From NCBI RefSeq assembly GCF_009914755.1, contig NC_060936.1: a stretch of DNA of 64,000 bases; one strand, 5' to 3'. Within the stretch, counting starts at the first letter, position 1. Each line of letters begins with the position of its first letter. The stretch comes from the human T2T-CHM13v2.0 reference genome, Homo sapiens. The notes under the pieces were generated by a model. That model was not told where the DNA came from and searched no databases. It was given only the letters and a program-made list of their open reading frames with translations. A program made the translations under genes and the position numbers. Shown here piece after piece: positions 1 through 16,949 of the stretch.

Positions 1-714
1 AAATCAACACAGAAGGCCTGTGATTTCTGCATTTCCAACTGAGTGTAAACAAAGCTGCCAGGAAGTTCGAACTGGGCGGAGCCCACCGCAGCTCCACAAA
101 GCCTCTGTAGCCACACTGCCTCTCTAGATTCCTCCTCTCTGGGCAGGGCATCTCTGAAAGAAAGGCAGCAGCCCCAGTCAGGGGCTTATAGATAAAACTC
201 CCATCTCCCTGGGACAGAACACCTGGGGAAAGGGGCGGCTGTGGGCACAGCTTCAGCAGACTTAAACATTCCTGCCCATTGGCTCTAAAGAAAGCAGAGG
301 ATCTCTCAGCACAGCCCTTGAGCTCTGCTAAGGGACAGACTGCCTCCTCAAGTGGGTCCCTGACCCCCATGCCTCCTGACTGGGAGACATCTCCCAGCAG
401 GGGTCGACAGACATCTCATACAGGAGAGCTCCAGCTGGCATCTTGTGGGTGCCCCTCTGGGGGACGAAGCTTCCAGAGGAAGGAACAGGCAGCAATCTTT
501 GCTGTTTGGCAGCCTCTGCTAGTGATACCCAGGCAAACAGGGTCTGGAGTGGACCTCCAGCAAACTCCAGCAGACCTGTATCAGAGGGGCCTGTTAGAAG
601 GAAAATTAACAAATAGAAAGGAATAGCATAAACATAAAGAAAAAGGACGTCCACACGGAAACCCCATCTGAAGGTCACTAACATGAAAAACCAAAGGTAG
701 ATAAAACCACGAAG

Positions 715-1739
715 ATGAGGAAAAACCAGCACAAAAAGGGTGAAAATTCCAAAAAGCAGAACGCCTCTTCTCCTCCAAAGGATCACAACTCCTCACCAGC
801 AAGGGGACAAAACTGGATGGAGAATGAGTCTGATGAATTGACAGAAGTAGGCTTCAGAAGGTGGGTAATAACAAATTCCTCCGAGCTAAAGGAGCATGTT
901 CTAACCCAATGCAAAGAAGCTAAGAACCTTGAAAAAAGGTTAGAGGAATTGCTAACTAGAATAACCAGTTTAGAGAAAACATAAATGACCTGAAGGAGCT
1001 GAAAAACACAGCACAAGAACTTCGTGAAGCATACAAAGTATCAATAGCTGAATCAGTGAAGTGGGTGAAAGGATATCAGAGATTGAAGTTCAACTTAATG
1101 AAATAAAGTGTGAAGACAAGAATAGAGAAAAAAGAATAAAAAGGAATGAAGAAAGCCTCCAAGAAATATGGGACTTTGTGAAAAGACCAAACCTATGTTT
1201 GATTGGTGTACCTGAAAGTGACAAGGAGAATGGAACCAAGTTGGAAAGCACTCTTCAGGATATTATCCAGGAGAACTTCCCCAACCTAGGAAGACAGGCC
1301 AACATCCAAATTCAGGAAATACAGAGAACACCACAAGGATATTCCTTGAGAAGGGCAACCCAAAGACACATAATAGTCAGATTTGCCAAGTTTGAAATGA
1401 AGGAAAAAATATTAAGGGCAGCCAGAGAAAGGTCGGGTTACCACAAAAGGAAGCTCATCAGACTAACAGTGGATCTCTCTGCAGAAACCTAACAAGCTAG
1501 AAGAGAGTGGGGGCCAATATTCAACATTCTTATATAAAAGAATTTTTCAAGCCAGAATTTCATATCCAGCCAAACTAAGCTTCATAAGTGAAGGAGAAAT
1601 GAAATCCTTTACAGACAGGCAAATGCTGAAAGATGTTGTCACCATCAGGCCTGCCTTACAAGAGCTCCTCTTGAAGGAAGCACTAAATATGCAAAGGAAA
1701 AACCCATACCAGCCACTGCAAAAACATACCAAATTGTAA
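715..1739 (+). pseudogene. L1 ORF1p remnant, frameshifted
   Basis: ORFs 715-984 and 1061-1492 give ORF1p peptides (RPNLCLIGVPESD, LQDIIQENFPNL) in different frames. Confidence 0.93.
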
Positions 1740-1802
1740 AGATCATCAACACTATGAAGAAACTGCATCAACTAATGGGCAAAATAACCAGGTAGCATCA
1801 TA

Positions 1803-5432
<3,630 letters not shown>

Positions 5433-6808
5433 ACAATGAGAACACATGGACACAGGGAGGGGAACATCACACACAGGGACTTGTTGAGGGGTGGGGGAGC
5501 TACAGGAGGGATAGCATTAGGAGAAATACCTAATGTAGGTGACGGGTTGATGGGTGCAGCAAACCATCATGGCACGTGTATACCTATGTAACAAACCTGC
5601 ACGTTCTTGCACATGTATCCCAGAACTTAAACTGTAATAAAAAAATAGTGTTAGACATACTTTTTTTTCCCCACCTAGCAAGGTCTCTTTGCTTTAAAAA
5701 TAGGTACAAAATGAAGTGAGTTTAATTTCTCTATATTTAGTTAGAATTAGGTATCCTGACTTTCTTTTATCATGTTTAAAATTGCACACTTTGATGAATT
5801 TTTTCATCTCTCCTGCTTCCATATCTTAACCAGAGATGTGTTAGCATAAATATTTCAGTGTTGATGTTTTAACCATTAGCATTTCTTGAGTTTTTGTTAG
5901 CAAATTTAAAAATATTTTGAAGTTTTACTTGTTGTAGGGAAATGCTTTGATGATCTAGAGTTTGAGAGTCAAAATTGTTCTGATTTTTATAGTTCAAGTT
6001 TAACCCAATTTCCCAGACAACTTTTTCTATCATAGTTATTGTATTTCCCATGAAGTAAAATTACTACTCTAGTTCATTTAATAAATGTAAAAATTGAAAA
6101 ACCTCAAAAAGAAACCTACTTACAGTTTTTTCTTTAATATAATTTAATACTAAAGTAGAGGCTATGTTTCCCAGTTTGTATAAAGACTAATTCAACTCAA
6201 TTTTCATTGCATTTGGGAAAAGCCAGAAGTAGAACTGCATTTGGGGAAAGCAAGAATCTAAATGTTTTAACGCTGGTAATCATCTGTCATTTCTGCTAGT
6301 TAGAAAATATCATTTCATCTAGAACTCTCTAAAGGGAAACAGTTTGAATATATTCTTTGAACTATTTGGTCCCAAGTTCCTTCCCGGTTGTCAGCTCAGA
6401 AAAATGATGGCCCAAGTCTTAAAAGATAGCACAGTTCAATGAGTAGCAATGCCTAGTGTGGATCATCCAGGACTCCAAGTAAATGGTGATAGGCTTGAAG
6501 TAGTGGGAGAAAGAAGTAGACTGTTTCTAATTTAAAGCTTTTACATTTTAAATGTTATTTTTGAATAATAGGAGAATTAATATAAGATACAAACATTAAT
6601 ATGATATAAGTTACAAACGTTAATACAATATGGTACAAGGGATTAATAATAAAATTATCACTCCTTTGATTTGCATATTATATTACAGTTTTCAATGCTT
6701 TATTACATATATAAGGATTCTCCAGTGTCTCCTAGACAATTTGGTGACATTTAGTATATTCACAATGTTGTGCAACTACCACCTATAGTAAGTTCTAAAA
6801 CATTTTTG

Positions 6809-7567
6809 TCATTCCACAAGAAAACTCCATACCCATTAGTCAGTCACCCTCCACTTGCTCTTTCCCCCAGCCCCTGTCAACCATCAATCTGCTTTTTGTC
6901 TTGGTGGCCTGTTATACTTATTTCATATAATGGCATCATGCAATATGTGACTTTGTGTCTGGTTGATTTCACTTAGCATGTTTTTGAGGTTCATCCATGT
7001 TATAATGGGTAGCAGTACTTCATTCATTTTTAGGTCTGAATAATAGTCATATATGACTATATATATGAGACTATACTATATATATGAGACTATATATATG
7101 ACTATATGTATGAGACTATGTATAGGACTATATATATAGTCATATATATATGACTATATATATGAGACTATATATAGGACTATATATATATATATAGTCC
7201 TATAGGACTATATATACATACAGTCATATAGGACTATATATATGAGACTATATATAGGACTATATATATGTAGCACTATATATAGTCCTATATGACTATA
7301 TATAAGACTATATATATAGTCATATATGACTATTATTCAGCCCTAAAAAAGAATGAAGTACTGCTACCCATTATAACATGGATGAACCTCAAAAACATGC
7401 TAAGTGAAATAAACCAGACCCAAAGTCACATATTGCATGATGCCATTATATGAAATAAGTATAACAGGCCACCAAGACAAAAAGCAGATTGATGGTTGAC
7501 AGGGGCTGGGGGAAAGAGCAAGTGGAGGGTGACTGACTAATGGATATGGAGTTTTCTTGTGGAATGA
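6809..7567. repeat. Long inverted repeat: arms ~6809-7066 and ~7310-7567 around an AT-rich minisatellite
   Basis: TCATTCCACAAGAAAAC... is reverse-complemented as ...GTTTTCTTGTGGAATGA. About 5 mismatches counted by eye. Confidence 0.97.
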
Positions 7568-7578
7568 AGAAGAATGTA

Positions 7579-7615
<37 letters not shown>

Positions 7616-7629
7616 TGAAGAAGAATGTA

Positions 7630-7671
<42 letters not shown>
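7562..7671. repeat. Two copies of GAATGAAGAAGAATGTAGAA, each followed by (TA)n
   Basis: Units start at 7562 and 7613. Confidence 0.95.
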
Positions 7672-7673
<2 letters not shown>

Positions 7674-7688
7674 TACATTTTGTTTATC

Positions 7689-8315
7689 TGTAACCACCCA
7701 GTGGGTTCACCTTGTCCACTTCCTAGACAGAGCCAATTTATCAATACAGGGAAACTGCAATAGAGAAGAAATAATTTATGTAGAGCCAGCTACACGGGAG
7801 ACCAGAGTTTTATTATTACTGAAATCATTCACCTCAAGAATTCAGGATTTGGGGTTTTTAAGGACAATTTGGTGGATAGGGGCCAGTGAGTCAGTAGTGC
7901 TGATTGGCTGGGTCAGAGGTGAAATGATAGGGTGTTGAAGCTATCCTCTTGCACTGAGTCATTTCCTGGGTAGGGACTACAAGACCAGATGAGCCAGTTT
8001 ATTGACCTGGGTGGTGCCAACTGATCCATCAATGCAAGGTCTGCAAAATATCTCTAGCACTGATGTTAGGTTTTACAATAGTGATGTTATCCCCTCCAGG
8101 AGCAATCTGGGGAGGGGGATCAGAATTCTGTAGCCTCTAGCTGCATGACACCTAAACCGTAATTTCTAATCTTGTGGCTACTGTGTTAGTCCTACAAAGG
8201 AAGTCTAGTCCTCAGGCAGGACAGCTTGGAGAGTAGAAACAAGATGAAGTTGGTTAGGCCAGATCTCTCTCACTGTAATGATTTTCTCAGTTATAATTTT
8301 GTGATGGTGGTTTCA
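7689..8315 (-). mobile_element. Solo ERV1 LTR, LTR8-like
   Basis: TG...CA termini. The minus strand starts TGAAACCACCATCACAAAATTATAACTGAG, like LTR8. Imperfect 4-bp TSD TATC/TATT. Confidence 0.85.
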
Positions 8316-9649
8316 TATTCATTCATCTGTTGGTGGACGTTTGGATTACTTCTAAATTTTGATTATTGTGAATAGTACTTCTATGAAATTACATGTACAA
8401 GTGTTTGTTTGCATACCTGTTTTCAATTCTTTGGGGTATATCCTTAGGAGTGGAATTGCTGGGTAATATGGTAATGCTATGTTCAACATTTGAGGAAATG
8501 TCAAGCTGTTTTCTACAGTAGCTGTACTATTTTACATTTCCAGTAACTATGTATAAGGATTACAATTTATTTTTTTTTCTGATTCTGTACTTCAATGGAT
8601 GCAAAAGGAGTCCCAAAGACCACTTGTTATTTTTTATTTTTCAGTTATAGCCACCCTGGTAACTGTGAACTGGTATCTGCATTTTGCATTTCCCAAATGC
8701 AAATGATGTTGAACATCTGTTCCTGTGCTTGTTGGCCGTTTGTATGTTTTCTCTGGAGACACATCCATTCAAAACCTTTGCCCATTTTTTATATTGAGCT
8801 GTTTGTCTTTTTGTTGTTGAATTGTAAGAGTTCTTTGTGTACTCTGGGTACTAGACCTTTATCAGAAACATGATATGCAAATATTTTCTCTCATTTTGTA
8901 GGTTGTTTTTTCACTTTCATGATAATATCTTTTGATGCACAAAACTTTTTAATGTTGATGAGGTCCAATTTATCTTTTTTTTTCCTCTGTTACTTATGCT
9001 TTTGGTGTCATACCTAAAAATCCATTGGTAAATTCAAGGTTATGAAGATTATGTTCTTTTCTATTTTCTTCTTTTTTAAAAAATGATTAAGTGTACTTTG
9101 TGCATTCAACTTTTTTCTCTCTTCTGGTTTGGAATTTTTAGTCTATTTCTATTCTTTTGTTAATTTAGCTTGAAATTTTAATGTGATATTTAACTCCAAG
9201 TTTAAGTCCTGCAAGTGGAAAATTTTCCAAAGAAAAGTAATCTTTAGGACAGTGTTGGATAATGGATTTTCCGTGGAAAAATAGCTCCAATAGGGGCAAT
9301 CATTGTTTTTTCTCCATTCACAGGATCAGAATCTCCCTCTATATTGAAGAACCAGAAGAACTAGGCAGAGAAGAAAGAACACTGATATTCAGTATGTAGG
9401 ACACAAGAAGGGACTGGAGAACTAAGAGTTGGTTACTTCTATAGACAGGGGTGAAGCTTCTCCTTTCATGGTCATCCATGGTCACAATTAGGACTTCTGA
9501 TGTGAACTGCAGAGAAGTGAGGAGCAAATATCTGCAAACCATGATCAAAATAGAGAAAGTTTCTTGGGGTTCTGTTCCTCAGGGGAGCATCCTGTAAGAC
9601 TGTAAAGACAGAAACCTACCACATGGTTTACATAAGTACAGTAGTGTAC

Positions 9650-10410
9650 AGCCTCATGTGATGAGTATTGTGAGAGGAGAAATACAGAATGTGGTGGAAG
9701 TGACCAGAGACTCCCAGAAGGACTTGTTTAAGCTTAAGTCTTACGGTATAAAGAAGGGTTGTCTAGGTGAAGGTGATGGAGCTGCCGTAAGTGAAGAGAA
9801 AGTTCTAGGCACAGAGAAGAACACATTACAGCCTTAAAGGTGAAAGAGAATGTGGTATGTTTGACAGACTGAAAATTTAATGTAGACCATTGTGAACAGG
9901 GAAGGACGTGGCATGAGTTGAGTTTGAAAAGGCAGGAGGGAGCCAAATGTCCTCATAAACCATGTCGTAGATTTGGAATTTAATTCTATAGGCAATGAAA
10001 AGCCTTTAGAGTTTCTAATTTGCTTTGTTTTTACAAGTAATTGACATGATCTAGTCTGCATCTTTGAAAATGCATCCTGGCTGCTGTGTGAATTGGAAGG
10101 GGGTAGTGAGAGTGATTATGATGTCCATTGTAACATCCAAGAGAACAATGATGGTGACTTTGACAAGGATGTGGACAAAGGGAGATATGAACAGATTTGA
10201 GAGAAATTTAGAAGGTAGATAAACTAAGATTGGCAAGGACTAGATAATGGAAGAGAGAAAGAGGAGAGAGTCAAGAATCACTCTTAGATTGTTGGATTGA
10301 TTAGCTTTGGTGCCATTTATTAAACCAGGGAACCTTGGAAGATGAACAAGTTTGTGGGATGGCATAGAGGAGAAACAATAAGACCAGTTTTATATTAGTT
10401 GAATTGACAA
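9650..10410 (-). mobile_element. L2 LINE fragment
   Basis: Purine-rich antisense L2 motifs (GACATGATC, CTGGCTGCTGTGTG, GAGTCAAGAAT). Confidence 0.75.
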
Positions 10411-10429
10411 CAGAGAGCCAAGTAGAAAT

Positions 10430-10990
10430 TTCCAGGCATGCTCCCACCTCAGTACTTTTCCTGCTATTTTTACCTAGAGCACTCTACCCAGGGATATCTA
10501 CATGGCTCACTTCGTCACCCTTGTTAGGCAACAGCTCAAATGTCCCTTTCTTAATGAGACTTTCCCTGACCACCTTATCTGAAAAAGTAGTAGCCCTCTC
10601 CCCCATTAACTCAGCATTCTCTATCTTCTCTCTATGCTTTATTTTATTTCATAACATTTATTATTTTGGCTTTTCCTGTATCCCCTCTATCTGGAATATA
10701 GCCTCATCCTTCCAAAACAGCCATAAGGTTCAGTTCACATCTTAGCTCCTCTGGGAAGCCTTCCTTGAGATCTCCAGGCTGGGTTAGGAGTGCTCTTCCC
10801 AGGGGTTTCATTCCTTATCTTGAACATCTCCACCACATTACATTGTAATGTCTGCTGATTCAGGATGCTCTTTCACTGGTTTGTAAGCCCTGGTAGGTCA
10901 AGGACTATGTCTTTTTATTAGATCCCTGACACTTAGCACAGTGCCTGGCACAGAGAACCTGCTCAGTAAGTATTTGTTGCATGAAAGAAA
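10430..10990 (+). mobile_element. L2 3'-end fragments
   Basis: CAGCTCAAATGTC, GCACAGTGCCTGGCACA...AAGTATTTGTTG. Confidence 0.75.
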
Positions 10991-11069
10991 TAATTCTGAG
11001 GAACTACCGTGGAGTGCATTAAAGAATGTCTTTCCTCTCATCTGCCATTGAATGGATGTTTAACCACTG

Positions 11070-11515
11070 GACTTTTGATCTATTTTTCTTCCCAGAATAT
11101 GTTTCCCCTTCTAATAGTAGCACCTCCATTACCTTTGGATAATTAGTTTTTTCTATCGCATGCAATATAAGTTGGATTCTTAGTCAATATATCTGACCTT
11201 CCCATTCCAAGGGGTGAAAGAGTACATGCAATTTAAGACAAGCAATGTTTCTCACCTTAAAATTTGTATCTAGAATAGAGGAGACAAAATGGTTAGGACT
11301 GAATAATCATCTCAGTGTCTCCCTGACTATACCATTCTGTAGGTGTTTCTCTCCAGATCACTGAAAATTTCCTGGTTTCTGTCATTTCTAAAGCCTGGTT
11401 GTCAGGTTTTCTTTTGATTTGATGAGTAATCCATTTTCTTCTAATCAATTCATTTTTTGGACTTAAGTGGACAGAGTTGATCCCTGTTGCATATAACCAA
11501 AAAATATTACTGTAA
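11070..11515 (+). mobile_element. Possible old ERVL/MaLR LTR fragment
   Basis: 3' motif CTGTTGCATATAACCAAAA resembles old LTR ends. Highly diverged. Confidence 0.35.
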
Positions 11516-12327
11516 ACTGTGATTAGTACTGCTAGCTAGGAAGATGATCAAAAAGCCTGTCAATGTGGAGGATACCAGAAAATGACATGCATGTATCTTA
11601 ATTTTATTTGATCACCATACACATGAATATTCACCTGCCATCTTTTGATGCAGGGTTAAGGCTATTTAGCATAGTTTTATTTTTTTGAAATAGCCATACC
11701 CAAAATATATGTCCTGCAATTTCCAGTTCCAATTTCTTTAAATTGGAGAACTTAAAGACATTCGTGAAACAGTTTGAGGGCAGAATTCTAGATTCTTACA
11801 AAATTTCCTTGATTATTTATAATTATCTCACTGGATTTAATTGAACAGAGATTTTTAAAAGATATTTATTGAGTGTCTTTAACTTTTTTATGTAAACAAA
11901 ATTTTTTTTCTCATTCATATTTTATAAATTTACCAAATGTTTAATTAAATTGTTCCATTATAATAATAACTGGCAAAAAAAGGATTTGGGAACAAATATA
12001 TTATACTCTCGGTAAGCACACATCCCAATTGGAGGTGGGACTGCAAGGGGCCTATGACAGACAGCCTGCTAGATGAGAAAATTTAGCTTGCTTTTGTTAT
12101 CTATGAGAGAATAAAGGACTTTAATTGATCCTGGATAAATGAATGCCATTAAAGACCGGTTTTATTAGACTCATATTTAACTTTAGAGCTTCTCAAGGAA
12201 AATACCATTTCTTTGCTTTCTTATTGTATAATACCTCTTCTTGATTTTCCCAATTAGAAGACAATGGATTATTTTGGAATGCAATAAGAATATTTCTTTC
12301 AGAAGCATTACTATCTACCATGCTGAG

Positions 12328-12993
<666 letters not shown>

Positions 12994-13384
12994 TGAACAA
13001 GTGGTTAAAGGAATAGAACTGTGGTTCAACAGACATACAGTTAGCACTCTAACCTGATTGGCTCTATTGCTGGATGCAGGTGTACATAGTTGAATCAGAA
13101 GTGGTTTGAGGGTACATGAAATACAATATAGAAAGGGAAGTAGTTACTTCAGCACCCAAACATAATGTGACATTGGAAGACCAGACATAGCATGTGGTCC
13201 CGAGTTGCCCATGAGTTAGTTGTTTAAAGATAGGACAAGGACATATGAAAATAGGTAGGTCAGAATTCAAGATAGTTAGTGCTTCAGTGCCAGAGTGATG
13301 GCAGCAGCTAGCAGGTGCTCTAGCAAGAAGGGACCTGGGATACCTATTGCAGAAGGTCTCAGGATGTTGACCCTGAAGGACATA

Positions 13385-13790
13385 CATTTATTCATTTATC
13401 ATTTATCTAAGTTTTATTGTACACTACCCTGTGCCAGGCAGTGCTCCAGACATTAGGGTTATAAGAGTGAACAAGACAGATAAGTTTCCTCCTTCGGAGA
13501 GCTAAGTTGGGAGTGTGTGAATGTTTGCAGCAAGGTGAAGAGAACATGTGGTTCATGCATAGACATGTAAGTGAACAGACACATGTGCTACTAACAAGAA
13601 AAAAGAGGGTAATGAGTGGGAATAATGTTGGGAAAGGCTGCTCAATGGAGATAAAATCTGACCTGAATGGAGAAAGGGAGTCAGCCACATGAAGATTTGG
13701 GGGAAGATGTTTCAGGTAGATGAATCAGCTATTGCAAATGTCCCCAAACAGAACGAATCTTGTGATGTTTAGGGCAGAAATGGTGGGGTC
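13385..13790 (-). mobile_element. L2 fragment
   Basis: CATTTATTCATT...TGTGCCAGGCA...GTGAACAAGACAGA. Confidence 0.75.
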
Positions 13791-14810
13791 ACTTTCAAGA
13801 CATGATTGGTTTCCATTTCTACAGAACTGACACAGAGAATTAACAGGCATCTCCTGCTGTGTGTAACTAGAGGACAACTGTGGCCTTTGGGAAACTCCAG
13901 ATTCCTCGGTAGTCACATTACTTTGTGAAGCTGAACTTACCGCATTGGAGTTCAATTTAACAAGCTTCTGCGAGGCTGCACCGGGCAGGTATACTCTCTT
14001 GCATCCCCCATTCCTCAAGCTGCACTTTGATCCATGCCAGTCTTTAGAATAATATAGAGGAAACCGCAAACTCATATAGGAAACTTCAACTCTATCATTT
14101 TAGTTTTCTCTTTCATAGCTTTCCTTTTGCTCAGGCTCTGTTCTGACAAGCCAAGGCTTTTTGGCAATTTAGCTGAAAAGTAAATGTAAGCAAATACATA
14201 TGATTCTAGGGATCCAGCCTACCAGAATAACTCTATTAGAGAACTTGTTTAGACAAAACCTATTTTCTCATTCCCGAAACTGACAAAACTGTAGGAAAAT
14301 CACTCATGTTTGAAAGCAAAGTATAATAAAGTGCTATATTGTACCACCGTCTTCATCAAAGGGAAAACAAACAAACAAACAAATCATAAACCACAATGTA
14401 TTGCCTGAAAATGAGAGGTCAGAGGCTTATTTTAAAAGGAGAAAATAAAAAAAAAACTAGACTGGTGGCTTGATTTCAAATGCATTAATAATTGTGAAAT
14501 AACTTTATGAACAGTATGCCATGATTCTTGACTTTGTGATTGGGTTAATATATCAATAAACAATAGTTTGGGGGAAAAATAGCACATTGCTATCTCAGTG
14601 GAAGAAGTGAGAAGAATCTACCTGTTTTATTCATATGTTAATCTCTAACTAAAGGATTGATCGAGACATTAATGTTCTTCTTGTTAGCTTGGTTTGAAAA
14701 CAAAGTAAGTTAAGAAAATAGTAATCAGAAGTTTTCTTTTAAGTCTGGAGCTAATGAACAGTGGATAGAGTTGACGATTTGGGGAGATTTATTTAATAGA
14801 AACTATATTC

Positions 14811-14910
14811 AGGGTGACCATATGTTGTGGAGTATTCAAGATAGTCCCACTTCACACCTGTTGTCCCAACATGATTTACAGCAGCTCCCTTTCTCTCTCA
14901 AAATTGTTCA
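14811..14910. mobile_element. MER94-like hAT DNA transposon relic
   Basis: AGGGTGACCATA terminus, CCTGTTGTCCC and CTCTCAAAA. Confidence 0.7.
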
Positions 14911-15294
14911 CTAGCTATAGTGGATCCTAAAAGTACCCTTTCTCCCCAGGATGAAATCAGTCTAGCAAATGTGTCTTCCACTCTCCAATTTCAGTATCTG
15001 CATCATTCATTCATTCACAGATATTTCTGAAAATTACAATACCGGATATTTTTCTCATCACTGAAATTATTTTTTTTTTAAATTATATCCCTTAAGGGGC
15101 TCATAAGGATCAGTGCAAGATGGACATAAATTGTTTTTCTTAATTCAATGCAATGTGCATTAATGAGAACGCACCATGTGTTTTAAGCACTGACTAGTTG
15201 TCAAGGGGATGGAGGAGTAAGCAAGAGAAAGTCTATACCTTTAAGGAGTCATTTTGGTTGATCTGCTTATCTCCATCTATTAATCTGATGATAA

Positions 15295-15818
15295 AAGTCT
15301 CCAATGGCTTCCCATTTCACTTGGAATAATCTGAGCTCCTTATTATGACCTCGAAAGCCAGATCTGGCCCCTGCCTACCCTGTGATCTTATTTCACACTA
15401 CTTTTTTGGTTCACTAAGCTCCAGGCATACAGGCCTTCTTTCTGTTTCTGGGCTTGTGCCTGCCTCAGGGCCTTTGCACTTACCATTTCCTTTATACACA
15501 AACCTCTTCCCCCAGGGTGTCCTGTGGCTGTCTTCTTCTCTTCATTTGTGTCTAGGCTTAAAAGTGACTGCTTCTGGGACACTTTCCCAATCACATTATC
15601 CAAATTCGCCTTTCCTCTCTCTGTCTTGTTTTACTTGGGTTTATTTTCTTAGCTGTTATCAACCTCTAAAAGTAATAATTAAGTATGGGTTGCTTTTTTG
15701 GGCTATCTTCTCATGATAAAATGTAAGCAGACTCTTGCCTATCTTGGTCACCCCAACATCTCTGTATCTTGAGCAGCGGCTAGCACACAGTAGGTGATTA
15801 ATATTTTTGAATAAATGA
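15295..15818 (+). mobile_element. L2a 3' fragment
   Basis: CTCCAATGGCTTCCCAT, CCTCAGGGCCTTTGCACTT, and a TGAATAAATGA end. Confidence 0.85.
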
Positions 15819-16949
15819 TAAGTAAACTTTGTGACTGATTTATAGATTTACATTTATTTCTCACAATTTAATATGTATCCTTGAAAGCCTTTTCTTAGCC
15901 TTTTACCTTTCTCCTTTCGTATGATTCTTTTTACACTTTGAGTCCTTGAGTCTGTTATTGTCACTCCAATCTCTTGACAAAGGAGTTATCTTACATATCC
16001 TGCACCAATACGCTAATGTTGACTGTTGAAAATCACACAGGTACAGAATGAATCTGGTTGTTGTCTTCTGTGCCTCTCTCTCTAATAAACCCAAACTCGA
16101 GGATATTTTCAGTTATTTCTCTTGCCTCCTTTCATATCAAGGGTAACTCATACCAGTCCATTTCAGTCTGGAGGGGCCACTGAGAAATCTTTGGTTTGAG
16201 CCTGGTAGATTAAAAGATGGCATTATTAGTCAGTCCACTGTAGAAAGAAGATGAAATTTGAGTATTTATTTCTGTAATGGTGATGGTTTATCTGTTCCTT
16301 TTGGAAGTAGGCCTGTTGACACAGGTGAGACATGCCTTGTTTGTCCTCAGTTCAAAGTAAATTGGTCAATGAGGGGATCAAGTTTGCCACATTGGCTGCA
16401 TTATCATCATATTCCAACTAAGGACAAGGGCCAGCCAGGATAACTTATTTGAAGTGTACGTAGGCTTTGTTATACCTCTACAGGGAATAACCTTAAATTT
16501 CCTATAAAATAAAAAATTCAGCTCCTCAATGAAATGATGTGGCTCTAACTAGGGATAAAAAGAGGTGCAACTATTCAAATGTGATAACAAACACAGGTGA
16601 TGACGTGAATGCTAGTGATTTGCTTTTGACAATCCTGTGAGGCAGGCAATGTGGGATGAAGCCATTTCTGAGATGAGTTTAAAGAGTGAAGGCCATAGGG
16701 CTAGAAAAAGGCAAAGCAAGAGCTTGTCCCAGATCTTTTGAGGGCAGTCCTTTATAATTTCTATGACATTATACTCTCTCCCTCTTTCACACCTTATAAT
16801 ATATTTAACTTACGTATATCATTTTATTTTTAGTTACTTTTTTTTCTTGAATGGGACCAATGCAGCAATTTTTACTTTGTGTCTCATTTTATTCCTAACT
16901 TACACAGAATCTACTGGCAGCCAATCACATTTAAAATAAATACAAGGAG

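Larger units (their letters stand above)
6740..9060 (-). mobile_element. Old L1MB-type LINE-1 3' fragment, interrupted by a fold-back duplication and by LTR8
   Basis: Antisense L1M 3'UTR/ORF2 motifs (CACAATGTTGTGCAAC, GGTTCATCCATGTT, GGAGTGGAATTGCTGGG, TTTGCATTTCCC). The sequence resumes after 8315. Confidence 0.85.

Noticed and set aside
7050-7330. CRISPR-like or coded repeat array
   Set aside because: Low-complexity AT minisatellite with no unique spacers, in eukaryotic DNA.
7446-7938. ORFs with YIYIYI runs
   Set aside because: Translations of (TA)n microsatellites.
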